64,000 nt of DNA from Sarea resinae (Eukaryota): positions 1 to 64,000 of the forward strand of contig JAPEUD010000001.1 of assembly GCA_026026165.1 (NCBI GenBank), given 5' to 3'. The notes below the pieces were generated by a model, which was not told the DNA's origin, made no database searches, and saw only the letters and a list, made by a program, of their open reading frames with translations. Shown piece by piece: positions 50,656 through 63,700 of the stretch (positions are counted from its first letter, which is position 1; each line of letters begins with the position of its first letter). The translations under genes and the position numbers were made by a program.

Positions 50656-52194
50656 GATAGAGATGATCGAATTGGATGTGATGGGGGAGTGATAGGAAGG
50701 ATGGATGGTTGTTGCTTTGATGTTATTGCACGAGACTGGATTGCTATAGAGGAGAACTTGGGTGCTGCAGAGCCGGCTTTTGTATGAGCAGGAGCTGAAG
50801 GTCAATGGCTGAAGAGGAATTGAACTGAAAGGAAAAGGAGAGGAAGGTAGGAGAGAGGAGGCTGTCAGACGACCAAGCGTGGGATGACAACACCCGATTG
50901 CGAGATGCGGGGCTATGTGCCCCTTGGGGGGTGAGGTGATATGCTACGGGCATTGTCAGGCAATACAGCCATTCCGTACACCACGACGGCAGGACGCAGC
51001 AGCCAGTGGCAGTGGCAGCTTCGGGTCCAGTGACCTCAGTGATGCGACTACTATGAGTACACCGAGTATTGATGAGACGATCTAAGACGCTGATTTAGGT
51101 TCCGGCCATGGCTCCGTAGCTTCTTGGCTCCTTGCGTGGCATTGGGCGACTCATCATACTCATCATCACAATGCACGGAGTAAGGTACTTGGGAGCTATG
51201 GGTAGCTGCTATGGAGGCGGGGGGTATTGTTTGCAAGCGACTCTACTCTCAGAAGTCTCAGAAGTACCCAGGTACTGCAATGGGGTGATGGGGGACAGGT
51301 TCCGTACATCATTCCGGCTTAAACGAGGCGAGAGTCACGCTTCTGACCACTCCACCCCAGCAGCAAGTCGAGCATCATCGATGTCACTCGACATGGCATC
51401 TCGTAGAGATCTCTCGTTCAATCCCTCGTGCCTCACCCCTTTTCGAGTAGAGGAACTTTGGTGATGCTCGTGCCATGCAGAGAGCAGAGAGCGTAACCCT
51501 GCTGCGTCTAGTGCACTCCATGTTTGACGCGCTCTGGACCAATCGCGCGTGTAGAAGCTGGGAGGGATCCGCGGCCGCTAAGGTACCCCTCAATCCGGGG
51601 TACATGGATACCAGGCAAGGGGTGGCTGATCTCCAGCTACCGATGCAGAGGTGATGTGACATGGCAGCCGAGCAATGATCAAGGCAAAATGCCTCAGCCG
51701 AGTCACCGAGGTCAGTCTCCGATCTCGACTTTCATCGATCCGCCCCCGTTTGAGCTTCGAAAGGTTCGAGACCGGAAGACTCGAATGCCTGGCCGAGTGA
51801 TGACCGCGGCAAGTATCGCCACTGCCGATAGCTCGTTCCTGTAGATCCGGAATGGCAGCCGACTATCCAGGGGAGACCGGACCTCATTACCTAAATATAG
51901 TATTCTTGGTCCTGGATATCTTACTGTCGTTTTGTATTCGAGTGGGACAAGATCAATGGGAGGAGCAACGATTGTATGATTGTGCGGAGTATGCGTGGAT
52001 CAATTGCAGGCGGCAGTAAGATGCAGAGAGGGTTGCGCCTCTAATGATGAGGTATCCGCGCATGGAGTGCCTACCTACAGAGACAGACCCTGCAACAGCC
52101 AACAGGAGCGGTACTCGAGAGGAGATATTCTCGACATTACCTTGAGCATGTTTAGTGAGTCCTTGAACTAGCTTGTATGCGATCAAGATCTTTA

Positions 52195-52825
52195 CATAAG
52201 ATGTTTGACGATCGGTCAAAGAGCGGAACAAGACTTGACTGGAAAGCGAAAATACAAGAGTAGAAACCCCCACGGTCAACGAACTCAACTTGATCGACTG
52301 GAGGTGATATCATTGAATGTCGGACAATATCCAGCACGGTCGTTGGTTGGCCGAGTGGTAAAATGTTACTGGACACTGGCTAGACGTTCAACAATTCCTG
52401 TCAATACCCTATTTTGACATACTAGACTTGCCGTTTCTGGAGGCGGGGTTGACTGCAGCCGTTGAACGATTTTTGCTGAGCACTCATCTTTTAACATGTC
52501 CGTAAAACATAGTATACTGGAGGCGGGTTTAGCTGGAGACGGTTCGTCAGTACCTGCCAAAATTCAACTTTGATATGGTCAGTCCGTCAGAGACCAGAGG
52601 CCAGTCTATCTGCAGACATTCGTTGAACGACTCGCGGAAAATGCGTCACAAGCCATGCTGCCGGCTTTAGATGATAATCACGGCCTAGACGCGTCTGATG
52701 GTCGAATAGCCAACGGACGCGATCACTTTGTTTACTTAGACGTGTCTATCGTATGTAAACAGAAGCTGGGGAGACGCGGCGAATCCTCTTGAGACGTTCG
52801 ACGAAATTGCTCAAAACTTTCCTAT
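52195..52825. repeat. Degenerate tandem array of ~75-80 bp units
   Basis: Unit cores at 52382, 52457, 52537 and 52614 (spacing 75/80/77), plus copies at ~52199 and ~52792; matches the 25.4 kb units. Confidence 0.65.
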
Positions 52826-53286
52826 TGGCGGGACCTGCCCGAGTGAATGTCCCTGACGTGCTAGTAGTAAGATATACGGCGAGAGGCGGTGACGGTAGCC
52901 ATCAGTGTAATTTTCTTGGCCATCACATATCAGATCTAGGTTTAGACTACCTTGAAAGTTGGAGATGACTTACTTCTAAAAGCTTAGATTTACTACCTTT
53001 ACTAAAGAAGGATGAAAGGCTCTATTGCTTGATGAATTCAAGCGTGATGAGTTTTCACGAAATGCCGACAAAAGAGCTCAGCTTGAAATGAAAACATAGG
53101 AGAAAATGAGGTCATTCTGAGTTTAAGAACGCCTACACGTATGAGAAATGGAATCCACCCTAGTGTTCATTCTACTGAGATTTTCGAGATGTAATAACTT
53201 CATGATATGCCGCCGTCGCATGATTTCGATCCGAAGTAACGCCCGCATATGCCTGTGTTCTCAATGTCGGTGTTCAGATAGACGGC

Positions 53287-55095
53287 CTATCCAGAAGCAC
53301 TAGCAATAATTTCCGGTGTGGAAATCGATTTGTTGGCGATCCAGATATCGATGAGTGGTTGCATCGGTTCGATATCCTTCTCACTGAGGAGCTCAAATAG
53401 CTGCAATCACATTAGTGACGCCAGATACTGAGAGAGTAGATAAGCATACCAGAGCGACATTCATAAAGTGCACGAAGCAAGTATTGAGGTCCTTGGTCTT
53501 GCTAGTGTGGTAGAATGGGTCGACCCAGTGGCTCCAGTAGAGGTGGGCGTAGCACCGGAACATCTGGCGCGCAATGCTCTTGCAATCGGACAAGAAATGC
53601 TCAGGGAAACTGCTTGCCTTGCCAACCCAGTCCTGACCCGCAAGACTCGAAATAGATGTGTTGAGACTAGTCGGTCCGGCAGCGATAGGAGTATTGGCAC
53701 CAGGAGTGTTTAGGCCTCCAGAAGCGTAGGTAGCCGCAGAAGGAGCAGCCGTCGCAACTGTATTGGGGTCTGTCGGGAAAGTGACCGGGTCGAGCAGCTT
53801 GCCGGAGATCCACTTCTGGACAAGGCTGATGTACTGGCAGGCAGGGATCTTGATGGGGGCCTTGTTGGAGTCAAGCCAAGTGTACGTGTTGCTATTGACT
53901 CAATCAGTCTCAATCCGCTCAGATTTAAGCCAAGCATCCATCCCTTACCTAGCAGCCGTCATAGCAGAGCATGACTGAGGATTGCATAGCGCGAGACCAG
54001 TCTTGCCATCGACTTCTTGTACACAGGCGAGCTGAGAGGAAAGCAGGCGGTATTGCTCGACCACTACAGTGGGATACCCTCGTTAGCATTTCAAGGGAAG
54101 ATGACAATCAATTTTTTGCACCATTTGCAAAGGTACAGGCGCAATCAAAATCTCCGATTCTAGAAAGGTGGAGATGACTCACTCTGGTGGGCTAGCCACT
54201 CGCCTTCATCAACGTGCTGAGGCTTGGCAGCTAAAGTCATGAAGTTGCCCTTGACGACGAAGCCAGCATTCTCTTCTCGGAAAAAGAAAGGTGTGAAAGA
54301 TGTCTTGCGACCATTCGTGGCCGGCTGATTCTCACCGGTATTGCCATAAGGCCTCTCAACCGATAGCGTTGACGTAAGAGAAGGTGAGTTGGAGAGCGGC
54401 GGAACAGAGGGTGCTATATTCGCCGCTTGAGACGAATTCGGAGAAGGGTTCTGGCTTCCTGTAGCCTTCTGCTGGTTATTGCCCTTGTTGGATGGGCGAC
54501 TGAACCCTTGACGACTATCAGAGTCATCAGTTTCAAGATCATTAGAATCATCTTCGATCTCTGCAGCGAAAGTCGGGAAGGCTGGAGAAGGAGAGGAAGG
54601 CGATGAATGCGAGGCAGCTGCAGGCCGACCTGCGAGGAAATCGGCCTCCATTGCATCAAAAGGATCTACAGAGAGATTCTTTTTATAGACGAGCTTCGTG
54701 CGCTTCTTGTGGCGCGCACCGCCTTTCCCCATTTTGGGATGACGATGATGATGACGATGATGATGACGATGGTGATGATAGAGTTCGCAAGCTGAAGAAC
54801 AACAAAAGATGGAGATTCAACCTCCGCAAGAGGTGGTGGACTTGAAAGAAAGCAGAAATGGAAGACGAAAGCGAACAGAAAGTGTGAAATGCAAAACACA
54901 GTCCATTCTATACAACATATCGGATCACCTGGACGAGCAGCCCGGACTGGCAGTCCGAACGAGCACAAGGAGCCAACGCTGTAAAGTGGACTCATCCTGA
55001 GACGACAAAGCCGCGAACAAGAACGAGGACCGTTATGATTCGCCTGAAAACGAGAGGATAATCTGAACTTACACACTCGAGAAGAAGGAGGCCAT
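53287..55095 (-). CDS. MOB2: MOB kinase activator Mob2 (co-activator of the NDR kinase Cbk1/COT-1)
   Basis: Exon 1 MASFFSSV (55095-55073), then VKGNFMTLAAKP..VDEGEWLAHQ, YTWLD, IPACQYISLVQKWI, FPT, RQMFRCYAHLYWSH, LNTCFVHF, DIEPMQPLIDIW. Confidence 0.88.
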
Positions 55096-55725
55096 CGTCA
55101 CTGCTGTCTTGATAGACCTGAACTACGAACGTTGCGAGGCGTCCTTGGTCGTGATGGCCACTCGAAGGTGGGGCTGAAATAGGTGAGGTCAACAGGAAAG
55201 GTTCGCCTTCAAGCAAGATGGTGAACTTGTGCGGATTGAGTTGACAATGATGAGTAGTCGTGGAGTGTGAATCCGTCGTGGTCGATGGATTGATACCCTT
55301 GATACGCCCTGGACCTCCTGTAACAGACGCACGGACCAGGCCTGCCTATCGGGCATTCATGGTCTCGCGAACCGAAGCGAGACACGACCAATTCATGCTG
55401 ATGCCGATGCGGCTCTGCATGCTTCACTCGTTCTCCAGCTTCACATTACCTTCAATAATACTACAATCCATAGTTGCCTTACCTCACCTCAATCTCCAAC
55501 GGCATCACCAGCTACGTCTGATCATCACCAACTCGTCAGCGATCATCCGCTGGCTGTCGCCTCGCCCTTCTCGGTCTTGACATCTCGTTGCTCACTCATA
55601 CCAAAAGCTGGTCTGAAATCGAAAGGTACGACTTGCAAATGCCCAGCGAATGATATCTACAGACAAGACGCTGATTTCGGGGCTAAGGACTTTTTCTTTT
55701 GTAGAAGAGACAAGCGACATCCCCA

Positions 55726-57573
55726 ATGGCGGAGGCTCGCATCCAAGAGAATTCCCCGGCCGTCAGCGGTGCATCGTCGGACGAAGAAGTAGAAGATGGC
55801 AGATCAAATCGCGACTACGAGAACGATGCTGGAGATGCCAGCGACGAGAGCCCAAGAGAGGATCGAGTGGATGACGAAGATGATGATGACGATGAAGATA
55901 TCGCGCCAAGTCGACGGAAAGACAGAACCGAAACCACTGAAGGTGCACCGAATGGCGCAAACGGTTTTGTAGTGGAAGACGACGATGAAGCTTTGGATGA
56001 CGATGAAGACCTTTTTGGAGGATCTGGTTCAGACGAGGAAGGAGACTCATCGTACGTCATATTATACTGGCATGGTTGCGCAGGCCAGAGCTGACGGTTG
56101 TTGAACCGAATAGGAAGCGGAAACCGCGCTTACTCGACGATGAGGACCTTGATTCAGGTGATGATGAGGGTCGAGAGGATCGAGTTGGAGATGAGATGGA
56201 AGGTGTCGAGGTCCCCGAAGAGAAACACACGGTATTAGACGTGACTCTAGGAAGACACGCCCAGCCTCAACCTAGCGACGGAGAGGTAAGCCTTTCACAG
56301 CTCTTTGCAAAATTTCCCAAGACTGATAACCCCTCCACAGTTATATATACTCCGGATGCCCAATTTCCTCGGAATTGACCCCAAAGCCTTTCACCACAAG
56401 ACCTTTCAGCCCCCCACAACTGATCACCGCTCCGACGCCCCTCCATCGTCTGGCTTCTCCGCCTACAGTACCGCAATGAGCACTCTCCGCTGGCGACACT
56501 CCCCATCCAATCCCACAGAGCTTCAGTCAAACGCTCGCATCCTCCGCTGGTCAGATGGCTCCCTGACCCTACAATTTGCGTCCAACCCGACCGAGCAATA
56601 CCAACTCCCCGCCAAGTCCCTCGCGCCGCCCCAAATCCGACCCCGCAAGCCTACACCCACGAGTGTCAGCACCACCAAAGCCAACGCCACGAAAGGCTAT
56701 GACCCCAACCTCGACTCCCACACCTACCTCTTTGCCCCGCACGAGTCCGCCGCTGTCCTGCGCGCCACAAACCACATCACCACGTCTCTCACCGTCCACC
56801 CCACCAGCAACGTCAACGACGAAGCGCTCGAGCGGCTGCAGGACTCCCTCGCCAAGGCCGTCCGCGGCAAACATACGGGCGGCACCGACGGCGGCATCGG
56901 CGTCATCAGCATCACCGAGGACCCGGAGCTGGCGAAGAAAAAAGCCGAGGTCGCCGAGCGCGAGAAACTGCGCGCCCAGCGCCGGCGCGAGAACCAAGAG
57001 GCCCGCGACCGCGACCGGGCGAAACGAACGCTCGGCCGCACCGGCCTGCGACATGGCGGGCTTACGGTGGGCGGGCTCGAGGACGACGATGGCGGCGCCC
57101 TCGGCAACGTCCGGCGCACCATGCGCGCGCCCGGCAAGGCGAGACGCGGGCCGCGCCGGGGCGATCTCACCGACGACGAGGACGACGACGGATACATGCG
57201 CCGTGGCGGCGGCAACCGGGAGGATGAATACGATGAAGATGACGGGTTTCTCGTGGGCAGCGACGAGGAGGAGGAAGTGCCCGAGGAGAGCAGTGAGGAG
57301 GAGGAATTCGAGGATGAGAGGACCGCTGGTCGTGGAGGCCACGGCGGTCACGGCGGTCACGGCGGTCAGCGCGAGAGAGAGAGGGCCACGTCTGGTAGTC
57401 CGCCCGGCGCTGGCGGTGCCTCGAAGCGGAGAGCGGATTCCCGTGGCGCTGCAGGCCAGGGCGACGGTCACGATGGCGGAGAAGGCGGAGACGCCGACGA
57501 CGAAGAAGCGGCCGCTGTCGTCGCGAGAGCGAAACGCAGACGCGTCGTCGATGAGGACGAGGACGACGAGTAA
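55726..57573 (+). CDS. LEO1: Paf1 complex subunit Leo1 (introns ~56052-56113, 56286-56340)
   Basis: Acidic N-terminus with DLFG; MPNFLGIDP, LRWR, SNARILRWSDGSLTL, DPELAKKKAE. Confidence 0.9.
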
Positions 57574-58495
57574 ATTCACGCCCCCCCTCCCTCTCCACGG
57601 GTCCTTGGCGGGTGGAAAACGGGAGGCTCGATCTACTATGCTTTTGCTACAGTTTCTGTGGCTCCCTGTTTGTTTCCTTTTCCCTTACTTCCATTCACAG
57701 TTTCTGTCTCGGTGTATTAGTAAGACTACCCATACCTTCTTCTATCATGGTAATAACCAGGCCCGGAAGGGAAAGGGAAAGGGAAAGCGAGAGGAAGAGG
57801 AAGAGGAGTCGTTTGGTGTCATTGCCAAATTACATCAATCTCCATGTCATCAGGTATCGCATCGTTTGTCTTGTATGGTATCGTATGATCATTCATCGTA
57901 GTAAAGTAAGCTAGGTATGGTAGGTAGGTAGGTAGGCAGCTGTGCCCCGCGAGCGGACGCAGGCAGCACAGACGTTCCCATAAGGCAACCAAGCACGCAC
58001 GCACGCACGCACGCACGCAAAGCCAGCTAGCCCTAGATGGGACCAGAGAAGCAGGAGGCTACATACGTACAAGAGACGCAGACATACACGAAGGAAAGAT
58101 TTCCGCCTGAGGGATTATGTGTCTTTGATGGATGCATGCATACGTGGGTGTGTAGGCAAGGTAGATTTCTTTGTGCTTTCTTCCGCACGGCGCATCCTAG
58201 CCCAGACGCCGTTTCCATGACAATCGCGGGAAAGGAAAGAAACGAAAGAAAGAGGTATGCAAAGTGATGGATGAGATATGCATAAGGCAAAAGCGCCAGA
58301 GTGAGTGAGGCGGGATGGACGAGTTTGGAGTGGGAAAGGCGGCAAGCAACGACGAAGCAAGACTTAACTCTCTCCTTGCCCTGGTCCCGAAGAAGTGCGG
58401 GGAAGAGGGAGGGGAAGGGGAAACGACGGACGCCCTTGGACTCCACAGATGCAGGTATCAAAAAGATCAGGAAATGATGGCCCCATTTATCCAAT

Positions 58496-60107
58496 CTATA
58501 AGCGACGTAATCCAACTCTCGGTTTCGCGCTCTTCGAACTAGTCGAGCTGGAGGTACTCGTGCTCGACACCTTCCGCCCCACTGCAGATTTGACGCCCAA
58601 GCCTGATGCGGAAGACGAGGATGAAGGCGTGACGGCCTTCTTCAGGAGGGTTGGCCTATCTTTGCTGCTCGTAGAACGGGAGGGGTTGGTGATGTTCTCT
58701 TTGCCCTCGTCCGAGGGTTCTCCGCCTTTGGTGGGGAAAAGAGGAGGACGGATGGGCGCTGGGGGCTCGACTGTGTTGCTGTCTTGGTCTTCCTCGTCTT
58801 CGGCGTCGGCGTCGCAGAAGGGGGTAATGAGTGGCTCGTTGTCGTCGATGTCTTGACGGAGACGACCGGAGGCGTTGATTCCTTTGCCGCGTTCCGTGAG
58901 CTTGGGCGACTTATTACGCGGGTTGGTCGACGATGCTGTCGAAACACTCCGTTGGTCGCGCTGTGGTTCTGCGGCGATGTTGTTGGCAATGTTCCGCTCC
59001 GAGGCAGTCAGCCCGTCCTCATCTTTTTCTATAGCACCGAAGTATTCTTCGTCCGGATCCACTGGAGTTGGGAGATCGGAGAGGGGACGTTTTCCTAAGA
59101 TGTGCTTCCTCGGGCTCGGTGGGAGTGAGTTGACCGGTGAGGGGGATAACGAGGGGTCATTTTCTTTTGACGCTGAAGCCTCGTCTTCCTCGCTGTCGGA
59201 TGAGTCTTCAGCGTTCTGGGCTGTCTGCCGTGGCTGGACACTGGAGCTTGAGCTTGAGCTACTCAAAGCACTGTTGACTCGTAGCATACTAGGATGCGCC
59301 AGATGAGGTTTCTTTTTCATAACGACCGAAGAGCTCGTAGTCCTCCCGCTAGAAGTACTACTCTCTTCCTTTTCTTCTGGAATCGCTGTCCCCTCCTCTT
59401 CACCTCTCCGTTTGGCTTCAGTCACTGCAGCTTTTAGCTCCTTAGGTATGATGGCGTGAATCGAGGTCATGAGCTTGGCTTGTCTGGCGAAAGCTTCGTA
59501 GTCGTCTTGAAGCAATTGACCCGCAGCAGAGTTGAGAGCAGAATCCGGATTTGGCTGGATCAGAAGGCATGATATCGTCTGGATTGCAGAAGAACGGGTA
59601 AGCTCTCGTCACGCTTCAAGACCAGTCTCCACGACTTACCATCAGGACATCCCTTAACGTGAGCTTGGCCTCCCAGTCTCTCTTCAAAGTATCGACGCAA
59701 ACGCTGCCAGTCGACTCTTCAACATTGGGGTGCCAGATGCGCGTCCTGAATGCTGCCTTGGGCGGACTACGCGGGTAATCTTCAGGGATCTTCAAATGTA
59801 GTTTCCAGAGACCTTGCGAGTAAGGTGTGCCTTGAGGTCCCGCGAGTAGAATGGTGAGTTGCGTCAGGTCATCGGGTAGAGATGAGGAATCGTTGGTGGG
59901 AGGAAAGAGGTAGTGAGGTGGAAGTGGAGAGTTGTGAAGTGATGCGTGGTCCGAAGCCAGCCGGCGGAGAGTTTTGGAGTTCTGCATAGCTGTCAATATC
60001 AAGTTCAAGGGAAGAGCGGCATCCGACTCCGACTATTGAGGCAGAGGAGGCGTTGGAGATCGAATTGCCGGCAGCTCTGATAACTTGGATCGGAGAGGAC
60101 TCACCAT
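58496..60107 (-). CDS. UBE2S: Ubiquitin-conjugating enzyme E2, UBE2S-like; exon 1 is the ATG only
   Basis: GPQGTPY, YPRSPPK, IWHPNV, catalytic VCVDTLKRDW, PNPDSALN, long disordered tail ending in LRRL. Confidence 0.82.
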
Positions 60108-62690
60108 GATGTCTTGTGACGATGATGTAGCGTAGAAGGTAGACGGTGATGGATGAGAGCCAAGAGCAAGAAGATGAGCACGAAGAAGCAACGAGCTAGG
60201 CAGATCTGCTTGACGACTGATCACTTCTCAGGACATGCAGCAATCATTGGAGCAAATGATGGTGGGCAGGTTGGATTGAAGGGGATGGAGAAGCAGATGG
60301 ATGGAGGTGGCGGCCTCTCTTTGAGGTTTTGGTCGGTTTGTTTTGATATAGACGATGCGATCGCGCTCCTCTGCACCTCATGCACGACGCCCGCTCAACC
60401 GCTAAACCGCTTTCGGCACTGTTGCTGTTATTGTACCGGGGAACACAAACAACGCGATGATTCGCGCCGTTGGCCCATTTATTGGCCAGCATTCTTATTG
60501 TTTTGATATATGCACACGCGCGATGAATTGATAATTGCCGATCGTCTTTCAAGACGGGGGGTAGCGTTCGTTTCTTCTGCCTGCATCAAAGTCTATTTTC
60601 TTTCACCTCCGTGCCCACGAATTTATCTTACGATAGGTCATGCACAGTTCTTACAACAGAAAGCAGAATTCTATAGAGCTTCTTTTTGAGAGGAGAATCA
60701 CGGAGCCAACTGTGTAGCATACAGCACAATCAACTTGACGATGTCCGCAGGGAAACTAATTTCTGGATACAACATCGAGATGACAGGATATGAAAGTCAC
60801 CATTCCCATAGCCATCCTGGCATTTCCTGCCAACACTTCGCTCACCTCTGGGTCGAGAGCAAGTGATTCATCAGTGTGGAAAATGTTCTCTGACAGTTCA
60901 CTTCTCATATGGTCATGCCTAGAGCTTGGAGGAAAGAGAAAAGCGACCCAGCTAAGCCAGCTGGGATGAATCCGCCGAAAAAGGTAGATTGAATCCAAGA
61001 GGCGATGGTACCTTATCGGGCATCTGTTAATAACCCAGGACGGTATAGCTGCTATCTGATATTACCTGCAACTGGTCCAAGCACACCAAAGCCTAGAGCT
61101 CGAAGAGGCAAGACCACCAACCAGCCAAGCCCACATACTGGCGTCAGGATGAGGTTGAGTGCACCGAATACTGTGGCGAATGGATGTGCCTGAACGTGTG
61201 GGACAACATGCTCCTTGATGCATTGTAGTATCTGTCAACAAACGGGTCGTGAGCTAATCGTAGGTCTCCATCGAGTAGTATGATCAAGACAAACCTGAAC
61301 GATCTGTGGGTTTTGCAGCGCCGCAGCGATGGCGGGAGTAAATTGGGGCATAATCGCGGCTTTGCAAATGACGATTGAATTGTTATGAGAGATGGCGAAG
61401 TGGGCATGGCTGGAAGTTGTATCGACGGTTGCAGTAGGGTACAGAGAGTTTCTTTCACGGTATGACGACAATAACAGCGACAAGTGAATTACCTGGCTTT
61501 ATCAAAGCCAAGCCGACTGAATGCATCTGAAGAAACAAGAAACCGATCTGCTGCCCATGGTCGCTGCGCAATTTTCACAGCCCACGCCGCCAGTGTTCAC
61601 AGTCTAGAGAATTCTCATATCGCGATCTTGAGGAATTGGAAAGTGCGGCGATGGCCATGTATTTGGCCGCTGTAGGACGATTGGGAACCCTCGCCCTGTA
61701 GTCGCATTGCACGGCACAGCAAGACACTCTCTCAGGAACTCTCCATCCTCGGATCACCGCATTCACAAGATTGCTAGGTGAGTGAATGAATGAGTGAAGG
61801 AAGGAAGGAACGAACGAACGAACACATGATGTAAGTGAAAGCGCAATTGGAAATGAAGTAGAATACTCCAGATGGATGCAATAGATACATGGTAATATGG
61901 GGGAAATGCTAGTTGTAGGCAGACTCCGATTCAAGACCGCATGGCTTTTTGGGTAAGGTAAGCCGGCCGGAGATGTGCCATTTCCCCATATGGTGCTGGA
62001 GTGATACTCCGTACGAGGGACAGCACAGAGAAAGGCCGCCCTAACCCTATGAAGATGCCCCTTATGTAAATCTTGGTCGCTTTGTCGACTCAGGAACGCG
62101 ATGATGTGCACCTGGGGCGGTCGTCTAGCCCGAACAGGCCATCGCACGCAAACGCGAAGGCCTCCCTAGCCCAAAAATAGCCAACGGCCCCTTTCTTTGT
62201 CTCACACGCCAAGTGCGAGAGTCAGGTCCTGTAGTACTTCGCTATGGCGCATGCCGCCACGGCAACGCATGTACCTCGCTGCCTGTCGCCTGTCGCTCCA
62301 CGTACGACTAGTGTAATCCTCCGTCTGTCGTGGTCGGCCCTCCGTCCTCCCGTTTGATCCGCTTTTCCCCCCTTAGTCCTTCCTCCCTTCCCTTCTAAGC
62401 TTCCTTTCTTCCCTTCTTTCCCCGTCTCTCTGTCCCTCTTTCCTTCACACAATTCACTATTGGAGCCACCTTTTGCCATCTCCAAATCCACATTTCAAGC
62501 TTTTTCCTTTCGATCCGGACCAAGGCGGCGCTCATTCATTCATTCAGCGCTTTCCACGTAATCCCACTCGTTAATCCTCGACTTATTTCTTCAATCGACG
62601 TCCACCTAGGAATTCTTTTTTCCATTCACAACTCCTAATCAAGACATCTCGACAAAAACCACCAGTCACTTCCTCAGATCAGCATCGAAC

Positions 62691-63700
62691 ATGCGTTTCT
62701 CTACCATCATTCCCGTCGCTCTCGCGGCTGCCCCGGCTGTGGTCTCCGCCGCCGGCACTCTCGGTTTCGCTCTTGGAGACAAGAACGCCGATGGCTCGTG
62801 CAAGCAGACCTCTGACTACGAGGCCGACTTCGACACCATCAAGAGCCAGAGCACCATCGTCCGTGGCTACTCCGCCAGCGAGTGCAACAGTGCCGCCCAG
62901 ATCCTCCCTGCTGCTCAGAACAAGGGCTTCAAGGTCGTCTTGGGTGTTTGGCCCGATACCGATGACTCGTTCAACGCCGACAAGGCCGCCCTTCAACAAT
63001 ATGTTCCTCAATATCAAGACAGCGTCTACGCCGTGACCGTTGGCTCGGAGACCCTGTACCGTGGCAACTTCACTGGTTCCGAGCTCCTCTCGAAGATTAA
63101 TGAGATCAAGTCTGTCTTGCCCAACACCAAGGTCGGAACTGCCGACAGCTGGAACAAGTACGCCGACGGTACCGCTGATGCTCTCATCACCGGAGGCGTC
63201 GATCTCCTGTCAGTACAGACCTCAATCGTTGCTTTTCCTCAGGAAATGCTAATAAGTTCATAGTTTGGTCAATGCTTTCGCCTACTGGCAATCCCAGGCC
63301 ATCGACAACGCTACTGCTACTTTCTTTGATGATGTTCAGCAAGCTATTGGTCACATTCAATCTACCGCTGGATCTACCTCCAGCATCGAGACCTGGGTTG
63401 GTGAGACTGGCTGGCCTACCGGTACGTATCAAGAGTGCACGTCTACATGAATAGCCGCTGATGTCTTCCACAGGTGGTGGGAACTATGGCGCGGCTGTCC
63501 CAAGTACCTCGAATGCTCAAACCTTCTGGTCCAATGGTGTCTGCGGTATGCTCGACTGGGACACCAACGTGTTCTTCTTCGAGGCCTTTGACGAACCGTG
63601 GAAGCCAACCAGCATTGGTGACAACGGCCAGAGCGAGGACGAGACCCACTGGGGTGCCTGGAACGCTGACCGCTCCACCAAGTACAGCTTGAGCTGCTAG
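62691..63700 (+). CDS. BGL2: Secreted GH17 glucan 1,3-beta-glucosidase/glucanosyltransferase (Bgl2/Bgt1-like), 3 exons
   Basis: Signal peptide, LGFALGDKNADGSCK, VGSETLYR, GTADSWN, NAFAYWQ, VGETGWPT, FEAFDEPWK. Confidence 0.93.

Noticed and set aside
52195..52825. Periodic motif considered as a CRISPR-like array
   Set aside because: Eukaryotic context, degenerate repeats, homologous rather than unique spacers, and no cas genes.
56569..57901. Long alternative-frame and antisense ORFs (441 aa, 336 aa) over LEO1
   Set aside because: Expected by-product of GC-rich codon usage in the real LEO1 exon.
60150..62500. Several short ORFs between the E2 gene and BGL2
   Set aside because: No motifs or coherent exon structure; treated as promoter/intergenic DNA.
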